Notes: generated from the sequence alone by a model not told the origin. A DNA stretch of 64,000 nucleotides from Camelus ferus (GCF_009834535.1 NC_045696.1:117802001-117866000); one strand, 5' to 3'. Shown: positions 25,691 to 38,814, numbered from the stretch's first letter. Translations and numbers: made by a program.

Positions 25691-27038
25691 ATCAACTTGC
25701 AGCTACTTGATATCTGAACTGATCATTCTATCCCTGTTCTCTCTCCCTATCAACACCAAGAATAGAGAAATGTTGAACAAACAACAGTGTATTTTAAATG
25801 TCACAGTCAAATGTAAAAGAGAAGATGAAATCATCAAGAGGTTAGAAACAAAGAAGGACCTGAAAGACCAAACATCAAGCCAGTGCCATTCCAGCCAGGA
25901 AATTATCAGATCTCACTTGGTGTGGGGATGTGTGGCCTTAATCCTACACAAGTGGAGGAATTAGAACTGAAGACCCAAACAATGATTTCTTTGGGAGGGG
26001 GGGGGATGAGAAAATCTGGTTGACTCAGAAAGCATTTTATTATCTGCTCAGAGCTCTTAGTGAGAAAAAAAAAAAAATTCTCCAGTGAGAAATTAAGACC
26101 TCAAACCTGTGCCACATGCAGGTGTGAAGTCTAAGTTTAGGTGTAATAAATGGTGAAGAAAGGCCAAAATAGTCAATCAATATAAATATTTTCCTAAAGT
26201 AATGATGGCTTTGGCCCTACACAGCTGGGCCCCTGATAGAAGAAACACAAAGCCATTCTTCAGAGACATTTATATAACCCAAAGCATGTAAGATTCCCAC
26301 AAAGAAAAAGTGTCTCTGCTGAAGACAAACTCACGATATAATTTAAAAATTCAAACATTTTGAGGAAACAATTTACCATCAGAAAGATACAGAAGGTAAA
26401 GCAGACAGATATAATAGAAAAAGATCTGAAAGGAACTTTAAAAATAATATTTAAAAGAATTAAAGACTCAAAACAATAAATATAAACCATAATGAAAGAC
26501 CAGGATTCTATTTCAAAATCAGCAGATAAAATAAATAATCAAATAAAACAGTCAGAAAGAAAAATTACAGTCATTGAGCTTAAATCTCAGAGAATAAGTC
26601 AGACGGCAGAATGGATAAGGCTAAGGAGAGAATTAGAAAACTGAATTAAAGTGAAGAAATTATTCAGAATAAAACACATAAAAAAATAAACAAAGTAAAC
26701 TATAAGGGAGAGTTTATGAGACACATAGGCTAGAAAAAACTCCAACATAAGTCTAGTAGAATTTTCAGAAGAAGAAATAAACATAATGAGGAAAAGATAA
26801 TATTTAAAGGAAAAATGGATGAAATTTTTCAGTTAGAAGGAAAACATGAACTGAAGATTTAAGAAGTCCTCTGACTTCAAAACAGCATGAGTATAAAATA
26901 TATTTGGCCTTGTACATATTGAAATCGAAGGCAAAATGGTAGGAATTTTGAAAGCAACAACAGGACTTCTGCTTCCATTCAAGATTGAGCAAGCTGCTTT
27001 GGAACTAGACAAAATATATAAAACAACTGTTTTCAGAC

Positions 27039-27200
27039 TTTGTTGTTGTTGTTGTTGCTGTTTTGTTTTTTGGGGGGGTAACTAGATCGACTGATCGATC
27101 GATTGATTGGTTGACTGATTTGATGGAGGTACTGGAGACTGAATCCAGGACCTGGTGCATGCTAGGCATGCACTTCTGCCACTGAGCTATACCCTTTCCC
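27039..27200 (-). mobile_element. Vic-1-type tRNA-Ala-derived SINE (camelid), copy 1
   Basis: Reverse complement reads gggaaagggtatagctcagtggcagaagtgcatgcctagcatgcaccaggtcctggattcagtctccagtacctcc (A box, degenerate B box), then a linker, a C tract and an (AAC)n tail. Confidence 0.85.
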
Positions 27201-27217
27201 TAAAATATATTTCTTAA

Positions 27218-27373
27218 ATTTTTATTAATTCGTTCATTTTTTTAATTTTATTTTTTGTTGGGGGGTGATTAATTTTATTTATTTATCTATTTTTAGAGGA
27301 GGTACTGCGGATTGAACCCAGGACTTCATGCATGCTAAGCACACACACTACCACTTGAGCTACACCCTCCTCC
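27218..27373 (-). mobile_element. Vic-1-type tRNA-Ala-derived SINE (camelid), copy 2
   Basis: Reverse complement reads ggaggagggtgtagctcaagtggtagtgtgtgtgcttagcatgcatgaagtcctgggttcaatccgcagtacctcc, then a (TAAA)n linker, a C tract and an A-rich tail. Confidence 0.87.
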
Positions 27374-28849
27374 TCAGACACTGGACAATAAAAAGAAGTG
27401 ACTGTGATCCTTGAGAGAGAAAAAAAATGTCATCACCTCAGCTTACTGTCCAGAAGCACTTTTCAGACTGTGGTGCAGGCAGGAGAGATCCAGGCAGGGA
27501 ACTGAAGTCTCACTGAGCTGAGCCAACAAAGGTCAGAATCAGGGCTCCTGAGGTAAATGGAATATGGAGGGCAAAGTACAAAAGAAGAGTAATTACATAG
27601 AAAAATAGCTCTTGAACTTGCACAGAGCTTTCCTGGAACTTCCGGTAAAATACTAAGTTGCACATGTGCACAGGGTGAAACTTCAAGAGACTGGGCGAAG
27701 AACAATTATTGAGAGAAGAACAGTTACATAGAAGATTCTGGAGATCACATAGGCCTGAATAATTGTTTTGGTTTCAAATAATGAAGGTAGTAAAACTCAA
27801 ATGAACACCCTAAGAGTTTAGTAAAGATCCTAAACAGACTACACATTGGAAATAGATTTAGTCTAAGCCTAGAGGAAAGCCCACTCACCAAATTTTAGAA
27901 CAAGCCTTGAATATGTCAAGATGAACCTCAAGTAAATTAACTGCCTTCCAGGAAAAAACCTCAAGACTCTTTAAAGAAAGATGACAAAATCTAGACATTC
28001 AGGAATGTTTGATTGACAATGTCTTGCATACTATCAGAAATTACTGTATTATTTTTGCCATGGGAAGTAGCAAGAACATTTGACTTATAATAAAAAGAAA
28101 AAATGGTCAATACAAAGACTAAAATGAAAAAAAATGATGAAATTAGCAGAGGACTTTCAAACAGAAAATATAAATATGTTCAAGGATATGAAGGAAAACT
28201 TAAACACAATTAGGAAACAAATGGAGAATGTCAACAGAGAATTGTAAACTATGAAAACAATCAGAGAGAAATGACTAATGTTTCCAAAGAAACCGCATAT
28301 TTCTACCCACAATAATACAGGTAAAAGATAATAAAATAATAATTCTAAAGTGCTGAGGGAAAATAACCATCAACTCAGAATTCTGTACCAAGATAAAGTA
28401 TGGTTAAAGCTTGAGAGCAAAATGAATACATTTTTAGACAAGAAAAGATGAGAAAGTTTATATTATAAAAATAACTCCCTCTAAGCACAACTGAAGGATC
28501 TACTTCAGCAAGAAAATAAATTGAACTCAGAAGAAGCAATGGAGGAAGTAATGGAGAGCAAATAAACTAAATGATTAAATGTGGGAAAATATAACTTAGC
28601 ATTGGCTATAAAAAGTAAAATAATAACATAAAAGATGATTATAGCAATAAGAAGAATAATAATATTAGAGGATAAAAAAATTTTAGAGGACAATATTTTG
28701 GAAGATGAGAACTAGACATCCTGCTACTAACAATAGTGATTAATAATATTATAATTGCTTTAATATCAATCCTCAAAACAGCTATATGAGATAAATACTG
28801 TTCTTATTTCCATTCTACAGATATGTAAACTCACCTAACAATGAAAATA

Positions 28850-29090
28850 GCTCTTCACTCAGCTCATCCAAAGCTTTTCCTGCTACCTTCCTAGTAGCAT
28901 GCACCTTCCTATTTGGCTTCACTGTACCCAACTCATTTGTTTTATCTTTCCTGATAGAGTTGAGGCTATTTAAGAGAACAGGACATCCTTTTTGCATCTT
29001 TGGAATTCCCACCCCCCAGACCCTTTTCCCCATCTTCTAGCAAGGTTCTTCACCCACAGTAGATGCCTAAAAATGTATTTTGAATGGATT
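28850..29090 (+). mobile_element. L2 3' fragment
   Basis: tcacccacagtagatgcctaaaaatgtattttgaatgga resembles the L2 terminus. Confidence 0.55.
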
Positions 29091-29409
29091 ATTGGTTTGG
29101 TTTTCTTAGATTTAATTTGCTATGGTTTTCCAACAAGACGTAAATACAGTCATGGAATTGGCATAAACCAGTTTTGGTAGACAGACAGATGTGGAAAGTA
29201 AATAATCTTTACTTGTATTAGCCACCATCTCACGTTAGCCATTCACCAAATATGATGATTTACTGGAAAATCCACACAGAATGTAAAGTAGGCATGGCTC
29301 CTGCCCTCTGGAAGTTTATATTTCAGAAGCAACATGGAGAATAAAAGATGGAAGACTAGAATGGTCACATATTACTCTGGCTGAAGATGACTATTCATTT
29401 TTTAAAGTT

Positions 29410-29610
29410 AATACTTAGAAACACTAACTCCTTTGATTATTGAAACAACTCTATGAGTTACGAATCACTGTTCCTCACATTTATAGATGAGATAAAGAAC
29501 AGAGCAGTTAAGTAACTTGCTCAAAGTCACAAAGACAGTAATTGTTGAAGATGGGATTTTGACCCTGGCAGTCTAGCATCAGAAACTGCACTCTTACACT
29601 ATGTCATCTC
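29410..29610 (-). mobile_element. MIR SINE
   Basis: cacatttatagatgagataaagaacagagcagttaagtaacttgctcaaagtcaca...gggattttgaccctggcagtctag. Confidence 0.8.
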
Positions 29611-29776
29611 TAACAGGACTATATGATAATGTTGATATCAAATCAGTGACTTCAAAGGAAAACCACCACCATGCAAGATTTCTGCCCTCTCACCACTGCA
29701 AGCAGCTGCAATTGTCACCTGCAGCTGTCCTCCAAAGAGGGTCATAGGCATTTTCTAGAGAAATTATGGGCCATTT

Positions 29777-30202
29777 TGTGGTTTGCATTATTGTTATTGA
29801 TGCAATTCTTCCCATCAGAGGTAGACGATATTTCCCATACCTGTGTCATTTTTGTCAGGTTTGGCTAAATGATTTGCTTTGGCTAATGCAATGCACGTAG
29901 ACATGACAATGTGCCAATTCCAAGCTTACACCTTGGAATGTCTCATGTGTTTCTACTCATCTTTCTTGCACATGTACCACTGCCATGAGAAGAAAGTGTC
30001 TTGGGTAGCTACTGATCCAAGGAGAATGAGAGACTCAGAACAGAAAGGGACTCAATCTGCACTATGGAGTCAAGCATAACTGAGCCCAGCCTAGATCAGC
30101 CAAACCCCAGCTGATCCATAGACACTGGAATAAGCAATTCTAAACAACTGAGCTAAAGTAGTTTGTTACACAGCATTATTGTAGCAATAGCTGACTGATA
30201 CA
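29777..30202 (+). mobile_element. MLT1-family LTR (MLT1H/I/J-like)
   Basis: ttgctttggctaatgcaatg...tgtgccaattccaagc...ctgccatgagaagaa...cccagcctagatcagccaaaccccagctga, ending gtttgttacacagcattattgtagcaatagctgactgataca. Confidence 0.82.
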
Positions 30203-31420
30203 GGCTGACACCAGGGGTTGTAACACTTACTTTAGTATCAATGACTACTGCCTTCATCTTCCTTTCAAATAATAGAAATACCTAGGGCAAGTGGGGTTGA
30301 CATTAGAAGAATAAATGTCAAAATCAAAATCAGAAAAGATACATTTGGGAGTTTTCATTTTCTGCCATGTTGGCATTTTACTTACATATTAAAAGTCCCC
30401 GAAATATCGCTTGTTGGCTGTGCTGTCATGATCCATTCTATAGACATTTTGATGCACTTTATTACAAACTTTAAAATCATATTAGCAGCTGTTATTTTAT
30501 ATCACAATGGATTAATAAGATGCATTTTCACAAATAAGACACATTTTAGATAGTTTTGAAAAAATTTCAGTGTGAAAATCTTGTGCCAGGATTCCACATT
30601 TTAAATGACACATTTCCAAATAGCCTAAAGTGAAAATGCTCAAGTAATATGCTTAATTGTACTGTGCTTGAAACTATCAGCCCCCCGACAACCCGAAACA
30701 CATAACCTTCCTACATGTTGTGTTGTTTCCTATTGTAGTATATAAAATTCAGGGAAAATACATCTCTCGGTTCTTGTTTTAGGGTGATTCAGTGAGTAGC
30801 ACTAAAAAAAAATAATAATAATAAAAGCAGAATAAATATATTTTCAGGTTTCCTTTGCAATATTTGAATAATGTACATGAGAATTAACAGAAAAGCATTG
30901 ATTCCCCTTCAAATATTAGAATAATAGAATATTCTATTGCCTTTTCGTGTGGAATAATTAGGAAAGATAAGGATTTTTTTTCTTGGAGGCAATCCTGCTT
31001 CCTATGGTGTTGCTAAGGAATAAAGAATTTTCCTTCCAACTGATCTTAAAAGAGATATCTAAGATCTATATCGCCTGTTTATGGAGTACAGCTAACTTTA
31101 CAGTCGTGCGTAAACTGTACATTTGAGTGCAGTAAGACGTGTCCCCTGTCTCACAATAAAAATATTATGGAACATTATATTTCCATATAGTAATGGTACT
31201 CTTATTTTACTAGTAGAAAGGTGCAGTACTAATTTAATTGACTAACATAAAAGTCTCTCAAGTAAGATCAATACTTTCTTTTTTCAACAGTTTTCATAAA
31301 CGAATATTTAATTCAGCCTGCATTCCTTAGCCCTTGCTGCAGAACGGAGAGTCAGTCTGCTGACCACCCTACTCCCTGCGCCACAGACACAAAATCTCTG
31401 GCACAGTTTCATGGTGTGAG

Positions 31421-31599
31421 CAGTGGATCTCAACCTGTCTGTACCTTCGAATCAGCAGGGAAGCTTTTAAAAGACATTGATGCCTAAGCTCCTCCTCAGA
31501 TCAATTAAACCAGAATCTCTGGGGATGGACTGAGGGTATTGTTACGTTTTAAAAACTCCCCAGTTGATTCAAATGTGCCACCAGCTTTTCCATCCACTG
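31421..31599. mobile_element. MER5A/MER5B hAT-Charlie MITE
   Basis: Perfect 8-bp terminal inverted repeat cagtggat...atccactg. Internal gaatcagcagggaagcttttaaaa and aaccagaatctctggggatgg. Length 179 bp. Confidence 0.85.
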
Positions 31600-34500
31600 A
31601 TTTAAGCTCCAAATTTTAGGGATTCGGGACACAAGCTAAGACCTGGAGAGATGGGCTCCCTTGGTGCCCACCCTGCACTCCTGTTCTGGTTGCTGAGGGC
31701 AGAAATTCCCTGCTCAGCTCCCACGTTAGGCAGTTATTCTCGCTGGTGTGGTATTTTTCTTTCTTTGTACGCTGTACGTCTTTATTGCCATTGCCTCACT
31801 GCTTTTGAGTGCCGATCTCCTATTGACACCGGTGGGGGTGCTGCTCCGTTTGGAACGCACAGCAGAGAGCTCCTTGGTGCTGTTGCAGAGGGAGTTTTGC
31901 CCTGAGCTTTTTACACGCACCAGGGTTTAGCATTCTTCCTTTCTTCCTTTCTTCTGATCTTGCATGCTCCTGTCTATGCCTTGATTGTGAATGTTGACTT
32001 TGGAGTGACTTCTTTACTTTCTCTAAACCCCACTCGCGCTGTCCTTTCCTCTTTGGTTCTCAGTGAGGTCTGCCCTGGGGTGGTTTTTCCTCTGAGTCAG
32101 CAGATGGGGAGAGAGAGATGGGTTCAGCTTCACCTCCGACCAGAATGAGAGCTTGGATGGAGGTTAATAATTTAGACCTCACAGTCCTGCTCAGTGTAAT
32201 GAAAGTACTGAATGAAGGAAACTTTTCAGTCCTTTTAATAAGGAGATTTTATAAGTCTGGGTACTGCCCTCAGAGTCTAGTGACATTGGACACAAGATCG
32301 TCTTGTAGTCTTCGGGGAAAACAATGTTTCATGAACTTTTTTAGTCAACCAGGGGTGAAGTGGGGACTTTCACGCAGGAATCCCCGTGAACATCCACCAC
32401 ACAAGAGCCACGGTTCTGCCTTCTCCCAGCCTAAGGACAGGGACGCTACCCTATCCACCCACGGCAGCCACACTCATGGTAGAGCGCTTTCCCCAGCAGC
32501 ACCACCAGAATTCCGTCGCATTGTAATGGACAATGTGAAAACATACGGCTGACAATATTAAGTGCAAATCTGGCCCTCTTTGGGTTAGAGGGGCACCCAG
32601 CCCAGCTATACACATGGCTTTGAATATGAAAGATTACTCAGTCCCTCAACTGGTCTGTAAACTACTTGTAATGATGTTAGGCTATGTAACCTGGCACCAC
32701 TCTAGTCATTTTCTCAAGAAAAAGGAAAAAGACATCTTTTTGATGGAGAATATTTGATTTTCATCACCCCACTTACCTTGGATAACCATTCTTCAAGACC
32801 TCTAATCCAGAAGAACCCAAGAATCCCTGACAGTCCTCATTATTATAAATCCAAATTGCTGTTTTCTCTTTATGAGAAGAAAATGGGTATTTTCATTTAT
32901 AGTCATATTGCCGAGTTGATAACTTTGCTCCAAGCTCTTATCATCAAAACTGATGGCAGAGTTCTCATGGCTGTGGGATCAACTCCAGTGCTTGGATCCC
33001 ATAAAACTTGCCAGGAAACTCCACTATGTTGAATGATTTCTTTTTCTTTAACTTGCCATTTGGGTTTTGTTTGTTTATTTTTGTTTATTTATTTATTTAT
33101 TTTTTTACAAATAAGCTATTGGAAGACATGGGGAAGGTGGAATTCAGAACTTAGTTGAATACCTTTGTCTTTATTGTCTTTAGCTAGGAATCACATGTCA
33201 ACAGCATCTAGTGTACATCCTCCAAAAGAAACCTTGGAAAATGTAATCAGCATAAAAAATTAATGCACAAGCCTCCAAAATTCTATTTTTCTCCTGCCTA
33301 CAACTAACAAGGGAACAGGGTGTGACCAATTTGTTTGGGCTGGTAAATGGGGACTTAGACACAAGATTGGTCAAGAACATTTCTGATAATAAAAAAAAAG
33401 GAGTGAAATTGCTGATTTTTTTAAATTTGCTATTCTTCAGTGCACTTTGAAATAGAGAACGATCTTTGAAAAACCATGGATTTTTGCTATGAATTATTTA
33501 ACAAAATAAAGCAAAAAGACAGGTCCATTTCCACTTGTAGAATCTGACTGCTCTCACAGCAAAAATGACCGAGCATTGCTGGAAACCCGAAAAGGGAAAT
33601 TTTCAAATTCACATTTGGCTATAAGATTTCCTTACTGTCTCATTAGTTTTTGAACATGGAAAGGCTGTAATAAGAGGAACAGAGAAAGAACCAACTTAAA
33701 GCAAATGTGTGGGGAATTTACCTCCACTTTTAAAAGGGCTCCAAAGCAAGCATACAAATGCCTGTGAAAATGCGACCTCACATGCACGTCACCCGGAGAG
33801 AGAGACTAAGAGCAAAGCGTGCGCCTCACCGGCCAGCCCCTCCGTTCCGTGCACAGGGCTCTGCACAGACAGGGAGGGGGCGGCCGCGACTCCGGAGCAA
33901 GGAGTTCGCTGGGCGGCATGTAAGCGTGCGGCAGCTCCTACCATCTGCTGAGCCTGGCAGAAGGCTGAGCAGAGGTGTCTAAGTAAGCGGTGAGTGGTGA
34001 AAGCACAACCACATTTAGAGCAAATAAATCAAGCCCATCGCTCAGCTGATGAGAACACTAACGAGTCTGTGAGAGGCCCCCGAAATATGTACCCAGACAT
34101 TGGCTTGATCAATGGCTTTCCTATAAACGCAGCCAATGGGTTTGAAAGAGTGAAAAAGAAGGAGAAAGGGAGAGGAAAAATGAATGTAAGGAAGAAAAAC
34201 TCTAGATATACAGAATCAAGAATATGAGATATACGGATGAAAGGTGGCTACGTGAATAACAGAATAAAGAGGCAAACGGGAGCAGTTCCCAGTTTACGAA
34301 CAGGTTAAGTACCCAGACCCAGTCGTAGTCTGCCCACCCTTGGGGGTCCTTACACCTGAACTCCTCAAACATTTCTGCTGGCAAACGAGAGTGGATACCC
34401 TCCCTGGAGGCTCTGGGGGCCACAGCCTGAAGCAATCCTAGAAATCCGTTGTGTTATCTTTAAAATAAACGCACATTTTATATTCTGATCCCAATTTCAC

Positions 34501-34938
34501 CCATACTTATCCTTGCAGGTTTCTCTCAGCTCTAGGTAGGCAGGGCTCTGTCCACCATTAATGACACAGCTTTGCACAGCCCTCGGCACACACTATAATC
34601 CGAGCGCACACGGTCCAGTTTGGAGAGGAGGTGATAAGGGTGGAGGAAATGAATTCTCAGCTGCTAATAGTGGGCCTTGACCCACTCAGAGGACCGAGTG
34701 AAAGAGGCCCCTGCTTCTTAAAGGAACAAAAAGCCTTGGGCTTCTCTGAACCTTTTGTCACAGCTTCTGGGCCACAAGAGGCATGACCCTGATGTGTCAA
34801 AGCAAACCATAGCTTGCGAAAGAAGTGAGAGGAGAGGAGATAGCAACACAGCAAGGGTGGGAGTGAACGCTGACAGGTTATATTAACAGATTACATTTCA
34901 GATCTAATGCCTTCTTCCCAGCACTGTGCATTCACGTC

Positions 34939-35122
34939 CAAGGCTTACTAAACTCTCGCCCCAATCTGAACTGCCGGAAGACCTTGTCACAACGTGGATT
35001 CCTGGGCCCCACCCCCAGGGCTTCTGATCCAGTGGGGGTGGGATGAGGCCTGAGAACCTGCATTTGTAACACATTCCCCAGGTAATGCTGCCAACCTGTG
35101 GTCCACACGTTGAGAATCAATG
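34939..35122. mobile_element. MER5A MITE
   Basis: gattcctgggccccacccccagggcttctgatccagt...ggcctgagaacctgcatttgtaacacattccccaggtaatgctg. Confidence 0.85.
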
Positions 35123-35487
35123 ATCTAAACCAGTCTTTGCCCACTGCCTTAGGGAGAGCCTGTACAACGAAGACTTGAGGGACCATTCTGAGATCTGAAT
35201 TTTAAACCTAGACTTCAGGGGAAATAAAGGAACACTTGGCATGGACAAAGGTTTGGAAAAATACCTGAAAGAACTAGAACCAAGTCTTCTTTCCCTGCAG
35301 GGAGCTGACTAGAGCTTAGATGCTGAGGTCCCTGAGACACGAGCCAAGATTTTGATACCTCCACTACTGAATCTGGGGGTGGAGATGGGGAAAAAAATGA
35401 CAGTTGATAGGATGTGAAAATATAGAGGACCTATGCCCCAGTGCCCAAGGAGACTGGAGAAGATATGGGTCCATGGTATGTCTGAGC

Positions 35488-35694
35488 CAGGAGTTGGTCA
35501 ACTTTTTCCTAAAGGTTCAGGTTGTAAATATTGTAGCTTTTGCAGGCCATCTGGAGTCACTCCTGCCATGAGCACAAAAGTAGCCTCAGACAACATGTAA
35601 ATGAACGAATGTGGCTGTGTTCTAACGAAACTTCATTTACATAAACAGGCAGTGGGCTGGATTTGGCCCATTGGCTGTAGTTTGCCCATCCCTG
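35488..35694 (+). mobile_element. MER58A hAT-Charlie MITE
   Basis: caggagttggtcaacttttt...gtaaatgaacgaatgtggctgtgttctaacgaaacttcatttac...gggctggatttggccc...gtagtttgcccatccctg. Flanks gtctgagc and gtctaaca may be a decayed 8-bp TSD. Confidence 0.9.
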
Positions 35695-37266
35695 GTCTAA
35701 CACGACAGAGCTTCAGACAGCCTGCAAGGTCTTTCTATGTCCTGCGTGTTCTGGGAGACCCAGAATCATACCATGTGCTAGAGAGCAGTGTGGAAGATAG
35801 AAAGGACCTTGGACAGCTTCTCTGGGACTCCAGGGTCCAGCACGGCCCCCTAAGTAGCTGAGGTGACCCCTGGCCACTACAGGGCTTTGCCAAGGTGGGG
35901 GGAAGCTAGGTACCTCTTCCCGACAGTGTTGCCAGACCAGGTAAGCCCCTGGTACCGTTACAACCGTCTGCAAAGGCGAGGATGGGAGGGTGACCTCCAA
36001 TGCATTGCGTTTCTCTACCCTGCAAGGAGGAGGGGCAAAATAGGAACTGATTTATCTTTAAAAGCCAAGTTTATGTCCTATTCCTGTGTTTGCAGGAATG
36101 AGCAATTTTACCGTTTGTTAATTTGGGACGTTTTCTTTGAAATCTGGCACATATTTCACACTAGTAACATGTCATTGGCCGTAAGTGGCGAGCAGATAGG
36201 ACCACACAAATTTAGACACCAAGATCTCCCCTCTTCTGACTTCCCAGAGCAGTCACACCAGTCCCCACAGCCCTGCCCAGACTGACTTAGTGAGTTAAGA
36301 AGACAGTTGTGTAGGGAGAGTGCGGGGTCCCGGCTGCGAGAGGCCAGGGAGAAGGATGAGGAAAGGAATTCAAAAAAGCCCCTGTTACAGGCAGCAGTGA
36401 GACCAGGTGGACAGACCTTGTGCGACAACCATTTGGAGGGAATCTGAATAATTCAGGCTAATATCAAGGTCAGCATCTGTGACCATTCTAGGAAAACCTG
36501 CAACCATGGGTTGATTTAAAAATCTACATGTAGCAACATTTCCTAGCCATTACTCACTTTAAGTAATTTTCAAGTAAAAGACGAGTAGAGTGGTAAATCA
36601 ATGTTATTCAAATAATTCAATTCATCAAGAACAACAAATAGAATAACCTGATGTGCACACATTGCTAAGAGAAATACCCATTATTCATCCATACCTCACA
36701 GTACATAGTTTATTGTTCAGTTACCATTTATGGATAGAAACTGGAGTTTGGATGGTCCACCCAGACACTAGTGTCTTAGGTTCAGCAATAGGAGGTCTTA
36801 TCACTTTGGACACACTGAGAGTCCAGCTGTCTGTGGAGTGTTTTCACGAGATCTGTGTATTTCATCTCTAGTCTAGGGGGTTCACAAGTTTAAGTAACAC
36901 TTGGATATTGGACCCCTAGAAACTGAACAAACCAGGCCAAACCAAGAAACACACACTCCAAGGTAGAGTGAAGGGCCCCTTTGGTGGGTCTGTAGAACTT
37001 GGGGGGCCCTGCCAATAACACTGCACCTATGAAGGTAGCAAAACACTGCACTTCCATGGACTAGGATAGCGAATAGTATCACTTCCTTTTACCTTGTACC
37101 AAAACAGGGGGTGAGTCGCTCATAGATTTCTGGATGAATACGAAAAGGCTATTTTTAAAATCAGGTGAAAACATATTGTTTCATGTTTGAAGAAATTAAA
37201 TTCATGTGGTGACAGTAGATTATCATGGACTTCTGTTTGGGGAATAACTTTCCTGTCTTCCTAGAT

Positions 37267-37563
37267 CAGTGGTCCTCTAGAAAAGTACTGTGAGCTACAT
37301 ACATCATTTTAAGTTTCTAGGAGCCATATTTATAAAAGTGAAAAAAAAAATCGTGTGAAAATAAGTTAAATTCTTTTACCCAGTGTATCAAAAATATTAT
37401 TTCAACATGTAATGAGTGCAAAACGCTGCTGATGTGATACTTTATCTTTTTTCTAAGGCTTTGAAGCCTGGTCCATAGTTTACACTTAGAGCACATCCCG
37501 AGGCCACATTTCAAGTGCTGAATAGTCACAGGTGGCTGGTGGCTACCATGTTGGACCGCATGG
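37267..37563. mobile_element. MER33-like hAT-Charlie MITE
   Basis: aaaatattatttcaacatgtaat...ttacacttagagcacatc...gccacatttcaagtgctgaatagtcacaggtggctggtggctaccatgttggac. Confidence 0.82.
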
Positions 37564-38814
37564 CGGCAGACATCCGGTGGTCGGGGGCGGGGGTGAGACG
37601 TGGCCAGAGAGCTCGCTTCCCCCGCAGCCAGCACAAAGCTGCTTCCCAAATGGAGTTCAGTGCTGTCAGCAAACTTCCCTGAATGGAGACTCTTACTATC
37701 ACCGATTTAAACATGTGACATGTGTGGGGACCCTGATTATCTGTTCCCGCAGAACAGGAATAACACTGAGCTGGTAACGACAGCGAAGTACCAAACAGCA
37801 AACACTCACCATGACACCCCGAGCTGAGCACGTGTCCTTTATCTTCTTTCTTTTTTTTTTTTTCTTAAAGGAAATTGAAATTTTTAAAAGCCTTCTTGAA
37901 ATTGCATTCTTTTTATTCTTAGATTTGATAAATAGCATATGTGTTGGGAGGTGGGGAGCAGGGGAGGAGAGATTCATATTTTTACAGCTGACATGTTTCT
38001 GGGAAGAAGGCCCAGGGAAAAATAGTTGGAGTGGAGGAGAAAGAGAAGAGTCTTGCTGCTGCCCCATCTTCCCTAACTGGCTAGAGCCTCTTGCTGCACA
38101 GACATTCTGGCCAAAGGGGCAGGGAGCACCTGGGGTCGCCAACTGACAAGTAAGAGCATGACACTGACAGTCGTGATTGAAACCTGCTTTGAAAAACGTA
38201 AAATAAAAATACAGATTTGCATATTAAAAGAGTTGCTTTCTTATCCTCTGTGGGGAGGGGAGGATCCCCTGCCAAGTCCACAGGCAACTGGGCTTTGAAC
38301 TGCCCCGGAATCAGAAGCTATGATTCTCAGAATCACTCCCATCAGTATATTTATAGGAAAATCAGTAACTTGCCAGGTTTTCTGGGGATTTTAGGAGGGT
38401 CAGTGGATCCCTCTCTTCCACCACAAAGAGAACAAAAGGGGCAGACCATTTGGGCTAACCTGTCTGGTTTTGAACCATACTGATGGGTAATCTCACAGAA
38501 CATCCCCCGAGGAAGTCAAGCGCATGGGTGTGTCTATTCAACCCCAGCCAAGATGGACCAAACGTGAAACATCTTGCCACCTGAATGAGCTGCGGGGTTG
38601 CCAGACTGGCTGGAGAAGCCACAACTGGGACCAGTGAGCAGAAGTTGCTGGAAAGTAATTTCCAATTCATTCTTTGGAAAGGGCTTCTAAAATCAAGAGT
38701 CCCGCCATGGTGCAGATTCTGGGAGAAGGAAGTTTTAAATCACCAAGCTTGTCCAAGCAGGGGTCGGGGGTTATTTCTCAGGTAAACTGTGTGGGGGCAT
38801 CCCACATTGCAAGT

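Larger units (their letters stand above)
26961..28270 (+). mobile_element. L1M (L1MC/MD-type) 5' region nested in the older element
   Basis: Starts ggacttctgcttccattcaagat...aactagacaaaatatataaaacaactgttttcagac. Later aaattagcagaggactttcaaacagaaaatataaatatgttcaagg and caaatggagaatgtcaacagagaa. Confidence 0.65.
25700..28715 (+). mobile_element. Ancient HAL1/L1 5'UTR-ORF1 remnant (parts ~25700-26960 and ~28280-28715) split by later insertions
   Basis: ORF1-like agaattagaaaactgaattaaagtgaagaaattattcagaat and ctccaacataagtctagtagaattttcagaagaaga. After the insertion it resumes as aaagtgctgagggaaaataaccatcaactcagaattctgtacca. Confidence 0.65.

Noticed and set aside
27125..27373. Two tRNA-Ala genes
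   Set aside because: The tRNA-like heads are mutated and followed by SINE linkers and A-rich tails, so they are SINEs.
34519..34535. Possible 17-nt micro-exon (ttatccttgcag | ... | gtaggc)
   Set aside because: Splice-like motifs are common, the length is not a multiple of 3, and no partner exons were found.
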